A DNA stretch of 64,000 nt from Leptolyngbyaceae cyanobacterium (GTDB taxonomy: Bacteria > Cyanobacteriota > Cyanobacteriia > Phormidesmidales > Phormidesmidaceae): the NCBI GenBank assembly GCA_050331235.1, contig JBHJHA010000039.1:1-64000 (forward strand). The letters run 5' to 3'. This document shows positions 59,026-64,000 of the stretch, piece after piece. A model generated the notes under the pieces. That model was not told the origin of the DNA. It did no database searches and saw only the letters and a list, made by a program, of their open reading frames with translations. Every line of letters begins with the position of its first letter. Position 1 is the first letter of the stretch. The position numbers were made by a program, and so were the translations under genes.

Positions 59026-59415
59026 TTATTCACCGCAGTAAACAATCAAGTCAATCTCGACATCACCAAAACCGGCCAAAGCCGTCACGCCCACTGTCGT
59101 ACGGCCAGGTAGCCGGTTAGGGGTGCAATAGCTAGCATAAACTTCGTTTACGGCTTCGTAATAGCGAAAGTCCGTAACAAAAATGCGTGTCATGACAACC
59201 CGACTAAAGTCAGTATTAACGTGGGTCAAGACGCACCTCAGGTTTTCCATAACTTGCCGAGTTTGGTCGGCGATCGCCATTTTTTTGATCTCTCCTGACT
59301 GGGGATCTTCTGAAAGCTGTCCAGTTATAAATACGAAATCACCTGCCCTAACTGCGTGGGAATAAGGCGCGACCGGAGGGAGAACATTATTTGGCAACGT
59401 GATGTATTCCAGCAA
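59026..59415 (-). CDS. ridA: RidA/YjgF family enamine deaminase
   Basis: PYSHAV, FITGQL, QTRQVMENL, VNEVY, PGRTTV and VEID. Confidence 0.88.
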   Translation of the reverse strand: MLEYITLPNNVLPPVAPYSHAVRAGDFVFITGQLSEDPQSGEIKKMAIADQTRQVMENLRCVLTHVNTDFSRVVMTRIFVTDFRYYEAVNEVYASYCTPNRLPGRTTVGVTALAGFGDVEIDLIVYCGE

Positions 59416-59695
59416 AATAACCTCTTAATTGACCAACACATCTGACTAATCTTAGAGAAGGACAAAGATATTGGAGTTAAATAAAAACAACTACTTTATG
59501 GTGTTTATCTTCTGCCAACCGAGTAAAACGGATCATATAAATTAAAATTGATAATAGTGTCTGCAACAGGGAGAAATAATGAATGCTCCAGACGTAATTG
59601 TCTTGCTCACATCGACAAAACTTTTTTTAGCAAAAAATGACCAGTTTTGTTTAGTTTCCAATCTTAAATCCTGCGCTGAGCAAAAGCCGCGAAAA

Positions 59696-61456
59696 TTAAA
59701 AGATGATATCTAGATTCAGTTGGCGAATGTCGATCCTGTAGATTTCAGCTTGCTCAGCCGATTGACTCAAGAGCCAAATGTGATGGGGAGGATGAAATAA
59801 AACCGCTTGGGGAGATGGTAAATCATCAACTCGACCGATGAGTTGACCTTGATAGTTGAGCAGACGCATCTGACCACTGTGGCTAATCAAAACAAATCCG
59901 GTCGCGAGTTCGCCGACCCAGTCTGCAGTAATGTCGAGGCGGCATCTCATGATGCGATAGGGACGTAGCCGCACGATCAGCAAGTCCTGACCGTGCTTAC
60001 CCGATTGTGCTAAAAATCCATCACCAGTTTGCCAGGATATCACTTGATGAATTGGCACTGGAATGTGTAACGCCCCCACCTGTCTTCCCTTACGGGTCAT
60101 GAGTCGGAGACTAGCATGGGGCTGATTGACTGTGATTAGCAGGTAGTAACGATCGCCCAGCACCAGCACGCGAGTATCAGGATCGATGTCGCAGCTAGGC
60201 AGTAAACGGGGATCGCTGGAGGGCTGTTGCAGCAGGTCAACTAGCCATAGATGCGATGGGTGCAAACGCGACTGCCCGACCAGCCAGCGCTGACTACTAC
60301 CAGGCACAATCTTGACTGGCTCTGGCAACTCCAACAGCAAGTTAAATCCTCCCTCCTGCCATACATAGAGCTGATGATGAGCAACGGCTATGACACCAGC
60401 AACAGTTGGGATCAGTTGGGTAATCGGTGAGTCGAACTGCGGTTGCTGTTGAGGGGAAGTGGTCAACGAGGAATTATTGAGGTCTTTCCAGGAATAAATG
60501 GCTTGTTCATTAACGGCTAAAAGCTGCGCGCTTGCGGAGTGATAAGCTAGCGCCCAAAGAGAGCCTTGGGCTTTCAGGCTTTGCTGTGCAGGTTGATCAA
60601 AGGAAACGGTGGGCAGACAGGCGATTGGTTTAGGAAAGCGATCTCGCAGCTCAGCCGCATTCAGTGTTTTGCGCGCCGCCGTGATCGCGGCTTTCATCTC
60701 AGCAGCACTGCGAAAACGACGGGGAATCAGTTTCTCTATCGCTTTTTTAAGTACTTGCTGCACTAATGGGGGGATATGGGAGGGCAACTCAATCGTTTGA
60801 TTGAGATGACACACCATCAGCTGTTGGTAACTTCCCGAAAATGGGCGATCGCCGACCAGCAACTCATAAAGAACAACACCCACCGCGTACAAATCAGACG
60901 CCGCTGATGACTGGAAATAAAAGCGCTCTGGTGCCATGTAAGCGGGGGAGCCCGTGCCGCCGGAGCGATTTTGCTGATATTCCTGACTTAATCGAGCAAT
61001 GCCAAAGTCTGACACCTTAGCCTGCCAACCAGTCGCTGTCAAAGCAAGCAAGATATTTTCTGGCTTAATATCACAGTGGACGATCCGCTTTTGGTGAGCG
61101 TGCTCTAAAGCAGACAAAACCTCTGTAGTCAGAGTCAAAATCTCTGACAAGCTCAGCTGGGTGCCCTGTTCTAACAGATCGCGCAGCGTCCCCCCCTCGC
61201 AGTAGTCCAGCACGAGTTGCCGGGCATTGCCGGTTTGGTCGAGCGCCAGGCAATTAGCAATGTTGGGGTGATCAAGACTTAGCAAAAACCGCAGCTCACG
61301 TAAAAACTGATGAGTGGCAAAGCGATCGCGGTTTAAATTTTTTAGCGCCACCAATCGCCCGGTTCTGCGATGGATGGCGCAATAAACTTGCCCAAATTGT
61401 CCCTGCCCGACTAATCCCAGCAAACGATACTTATAACTTTGGTGGCGTTTTTGCAC
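59696..61456 (-). CDS. spkG: Ser/Thr protein kinase, SpkG (Slr0152)-like
   Basis: GQGQFGQV, VALK, FLRELRFL, HCDIKPEN, DFG and GSPAYMAPE, followed by a beta-rich C-terminal region. Last gene of a V4R operon. Confidence 0.8.
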   Translation of the reverse strand: MQKRHQSYKYRLLGLVGQGQFGQVYCAIHRRTGRLVALKNLNRDRFATHQFLRELRFLLSLDHPNIANCLALDQTGNARQLVLDYCEGGTLRDLLEQGTQLSLSEILTLTTEVLSALEHAHQKRIVHCDIKPENILLALTATGWQAKVSDFGIARLSQEYQQNRSGGTGSPAYMAPERFYFQSSAASDLYAVGVVLYELLVGDRPFSGSYQQLMVCHLNQTIELPSHIPPLVQQVLKKAIEKLIPRRFRSAAEMKAAITAARKTLNAAELRDRFPKPIACLPTVSFDQPAQQSLKAQGSLWALAYHSASAQLLAVNEQAIYSWKDLNNSSLTTSPQQQPQFDSPITQLIPTVAGVIAVAHHQLYVWQEGGFNLLLELPEPVKIVPGSSQRWLVGQSRLHPSHLWLVDLLQQPSSDPRLLPSCDIDPDTRVLVLGDRYYLLITVNQPHASLRLMTRKGRQVGALHIPVPIHQVISWQTGDGFLAQSGKHGQDLLIVRLRPYRIMRCRLDITADWVGELATGFVLISHSGQMRLLNYQGQLIGRVDDLPSPQAVLFHPPHHIWLLSQSAEQAEIYRIDIRQLNLDIIF

Positions 61457-61492
61457 AGCGCTGAAAACACAAACAGGTCAATTGCTGACATC

Positions 61493-62149
61493 CTACTGGG
61501 TCAACATTTGCATAATAGCGACATGGGACTGCCCTTCTTGGACGAGGGCTTCGACCGGTTCTAGACGACTCTCTAAGCCGAGAATAAAGCGATTGCACTC
61601 AGCCCCCAAAGACTCACAGCTGGTTTGTACACAAGCTAAATCACGGCCGGTTAGCTGGCTAAAAAAGGCCTGCAAAACTCCGGCTTCTAAGGCTCCAGCC
61701 GGTTGATTGGGTTGAATCGGATGCACGGTAAAGGGGGAGTTTTGCACCTCGACCACTAAGAAACCTTGCATCTGATAGTCAGTGTTGAGTGCAAAGATGC
61801 CCCATCCGTGGGTGCGCCAACATTCCTGCATGGCTTTGACAAACTCGACCATCGATAAATCGGCTACGCCCGTTTGGTAATACTCGCTAAGTTCTTCTCA
61901 TAAGCGGGCATAGATGTTCTTGCGCCACCAGATACCTCAGTTACGCAACACTTTTTTAGTGGCTTGTCCGGTTTCTTGGTTGAGTCCAGCGATGATCGAT
62001 TTCATCAAGGCATCTGGCAAGGCTAGTAAGCGATCGCCGCGCCGATTTTCCAACAAACCAAACTCTAACGTTCCTTTGATGTAGACATCATTGGCAAAGT
62101 AGTTGCCGGGCAAACGATTATCAACCAGTAAATCAGCAACGGAAATCAT
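61493..62149 (-). CDS. V4R-domain protein (Slr0147-like), interrupted by two in-frame TGA codons (pseudogene or sequence error)
   Basis: ORFs 61937-62167 and 61493-61852 are in the same frame: ...KVLRN*GIWWRKNIYARL*EELSEYY...HGWG...CVQTSCESLGAECNRF. Stops at 61937-61939 and 61898-61900. Confidence 0.82.
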
Positions 62150-62182
62150 AGATTCATATTCCTGCAATGAGATGAGTGATGA

Positions 62183-62701
62183 TTAAAACAAGCCAACGAG
62201 AGACTCACTAGTGATTTCTCCATCTGTCTGGGCCGCAGTCGGCGCTGGTGAGATCAGGCGCGCTGCTGCTTCGATACTGGGCAGCAGCAATGTCATCTGA
62301 GCCGGCGAAAACCTTCCTGCAAACTGCTCTTTAATCAGTTGATACAGTGCTGTGTCAATCGCCTGCGTCTCATAAGCTTCAATGATTTCTGGCAGCCAGG
62401 TTTCGAGCCGCTGAGTGACCAAGTCAGCATCGTCTGTCAGCATCGCCATCGCCGCATAGCGAACCATCAAAATACCGTTCTGCAAACTGCGCTTAAGCTT
62501 ATCTTCTGACTCACGGGGAAATTGGCGCTGCAGAGCATCCGCTACCGTTTGCATCAAGGTCACTTCTTCATTGCGAAGGCGCTGATAAAAGCTGATGCGC
62601 TCTGGCAGAGAACTTACGAACTGACTAAGTTGGTTAAGTTCGCCAGCTTGTAGATAAGCCTTCTCCGGTTCATCAAATAGAGCAACAAGTTGGGAATTCA
62701 T
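62183..62701 (-). CDS. Phycobiliprotein/globin-like protein (Slr0146-like)
   Basis: LFDEPEKAYL...RYAAMAML pattern resembling the phycobilisome-protein fold; operon context. Confidence 0.72.
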   Translation of the reverse strand: MNSQLVALFDEPEKAYLQAGELNQLSQFVSSLPERISFYQRLRNEEVTLMQTVADALQRQFPRESEDKLKRSLQNGILMVRYAAMAMLTDDADLVTQRLETWLPEIIEAYETQAIDTALYQLIKEQFAGRFSPAQMTLLLPSIEAAARLISPAPTAAQTDGEITSESLVGLF

Positions 62702-62760
62702 GGCGGATACTCCATAGTGAGTGACAATAGGAATCAGGAAAAGCAGAGAAACCCGGCCGG

Positions 62761-63084
62761 CTAGAAGAGATCGGCAAAACCATCTAGGGTCAAGTCATCG
62801 TCAGCTGGCAGCTCTGGCTGAACGGTTAAGGGAGCTACTGGAGCTGCGATATCGGGTTTGCCGTCCCAAGGGAAGTGCTCAAAAAAGTCACCCACCTTGA
62901 GCTTCATATTTAGTTCAAGAGCCGCGGTCTCAGATGTCTCTGTGGAGGAGGCTGACACCAGCGGTGTCGGTGCTGCCCCGGTCCAGGGAATCTGTTCAAA
63001 AAAGTCGCGGACAGACGTCGTTGGTAAGGGCATTGTTCTTAAGCGATGACCATTTCTATGACCATTCAAAAGGGCTGTACTCAT
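62761..63084 (-). CDS. Small repeat protein (Slr0145-like)
   Basis: Internal repeat SVRDFFEQIPWTG / KVGDFFEHFPWDG and C-terminal TLDGFADLF; ATGA overlap with the upstream gene. Confidence 0.7.
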   Translation of the reverse strand: MSTALLNGHRNGHRLRTMPLPTTSVRDFFEQIPWTGAAPTPLVSASSTETSETAALELNMKLKVGDFFEHFPWDGKPDIAAPVAPLTVQPELPADDDLTLDGFADLF

Positions 63085-63767
63085 GCACTTACCTCTCCTG
63101 CCCGTAAGCGCTTCTCAATGTCGCGGGCGGTGGCGCCTTCATTCATCCAAAAGGCCGCCGCGTCAATGCGTTCTTTACCGCCGAGCAAAAATTTACAGTA
63201 GGTCTCACCCATGGAGTAGCACTGAATCTCGATACAGCTCAACTGCTTACGTACCATCTCAGTGAAAAAGCCAGCAAATAAGCCTGCATAGACATGGCAA
63301 ACCGGCTTGCCAACATCTCCTAAGGTGCGGGCGACGGCAGAGTCAAATACGTTGATAAACATAAAGCCCTGCTTGCGATCGCTCATATCAACTTCCCAGC
63401 GTCCCCATCCCTGGGAGGTAAAGGGCCACCACCAAGTTTCTAACAGAAACATCAGATTAGCTTTGCGAGCACTCATGCCAAACTCTTTTTCAAACCAACT
63501 CTCAAAAAAGAGCGAATCATGCTTCCCCCATTCCAAACCGATGGAATACATGATGGCTGCGGAAGCCTCACCAACTTCCTCTTCTAACCCTTCGAGCAAA
63601 CCGATAATGAAATCTTCGCTAGAGAAAAAATTTCGGCTACCATTCCAATCAACAACGCTGCCAGCTTCTGGATTGAATTGAAAAAAGTCTTTGAAGCTAT
63701 AGTGATTATGCTTCTGAGGATGACGATCGTGTTGCTTGTGAGTATTGTCTAATACAGTTGTTGCCAT
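63081..63767 (-). CDS. V4R (4-vinyl reductase-like) domain protein (Slr0144-like)
   Basis: HNHYS..DFF, WWWPFTSQGWG, PVCHVYAGLFAG and CIEIQCYSMGETYCKF; AAGGA RBS before ATG 63767. Confidence 0.88.
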   Translation of the reverse strand: MATTVLDNTHKQHDRHPQKHNHYSFKDFFQFNPEAGSVVDWNGSRNFFSSEDFIIGLLEGLEEEVGEASAAIMYSIGLEWGKHDSLFFESWFEKEFGMSARKANLMFLLETWWWPFTSQGWGRWEVDMSDRKQGFMFINVFDSAVARTLGDVGKPVCHVYAGLFAGFFTEMVRKQLSCIEIQCYSMGETYCKFLLGGKERIDAAAFWMNEGATARDIEKRLRAGEVSA

Positions 63768-64000
63768 AGGTCCTTGCTCAAGAAGCTCATTTTCATACTC
63801 TGTTAGATGTAATGTGCCCAACCGGAAAACGACACCAACGCTCACCGGAAGAAGTTGAAAAATCTTAAGCTTTTGCTTGATTAAGCGTTAATGGGATCCG
63901 TAATTTAACTGAACGATAGTAGTATTTGGCAGGGGCGAAAACTGAGCTAAGACCCTAAAAGAAATCCCTAAACCGTATAACCAGCTTAGGGATCATGATT

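Larger units (their letters stand above)
1..64000. repeat. HIP1 octamer (GCGATCGC) dispersed through the window
   Basis: Many copies, e.g. 1709, 2111, 6835, 15832 and 15892; characteristic of cyanobacterial genomes. Confidence 0.92.

Noticed and set aside
61493..62167. Two separate small genes, or a genome-wide alternative genetic code
   Set aside because: The two ORFs are in frame and form one V4R protein. TGA serves as a normal stop for many other genes in the window.

Overview
Cyanobacterial chromosomal DNA, as shown by psbK, pxcA, cyanobacterial-type ileS/glgA/gpmI-secG and very frequent HIP1 octamers (GCGATCGC). It is probably from a non-heterocystous Leptolyngbya-like organism (inference). 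Most of the window is housekeeping, carbon-metabolism and signalling genes: ileS, pyrC-like, tsaC, tolC, uppP, two class III nucleotide cyclases, glgA, mgtE, glgX, pxcA, relA/spoT, a patD-like gene, rbsK, nupC, ilvE, a MocR regulator, gpmI, secG and ridA. Three regions stand out. (1) At 1-2770 is a solute-binding-protein/vWA + membrane coiled-coil + solute-binding-protein operon with no permease or ATPase in view. (2) At about 6.3-9.9 kb is a small accessory island with a RAYT fragment, an intact Y1 (HUH) transposase, a toxin-antitoxin-like pair and a TIR-GUN4 fusion whose C-terminal tail is built from out-of-frame tandem duplications. (3) At 59.7-63.8 kb is a shortened slr0144-slr0152-like (Pap) V4R/globin/SpkG operon, whose second V4R gene has two in-frame TGA codons at apparent Cys positions. 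Clusters of motif-breaking substitutions suggest local sequencing or assembly errors, so calls that rest on stop codons need read-level checks. No rRNA, tRNA, CRISPR array or reverse transcriptase was recognised. All family assignments come from motif recognition by eye, not database searches.
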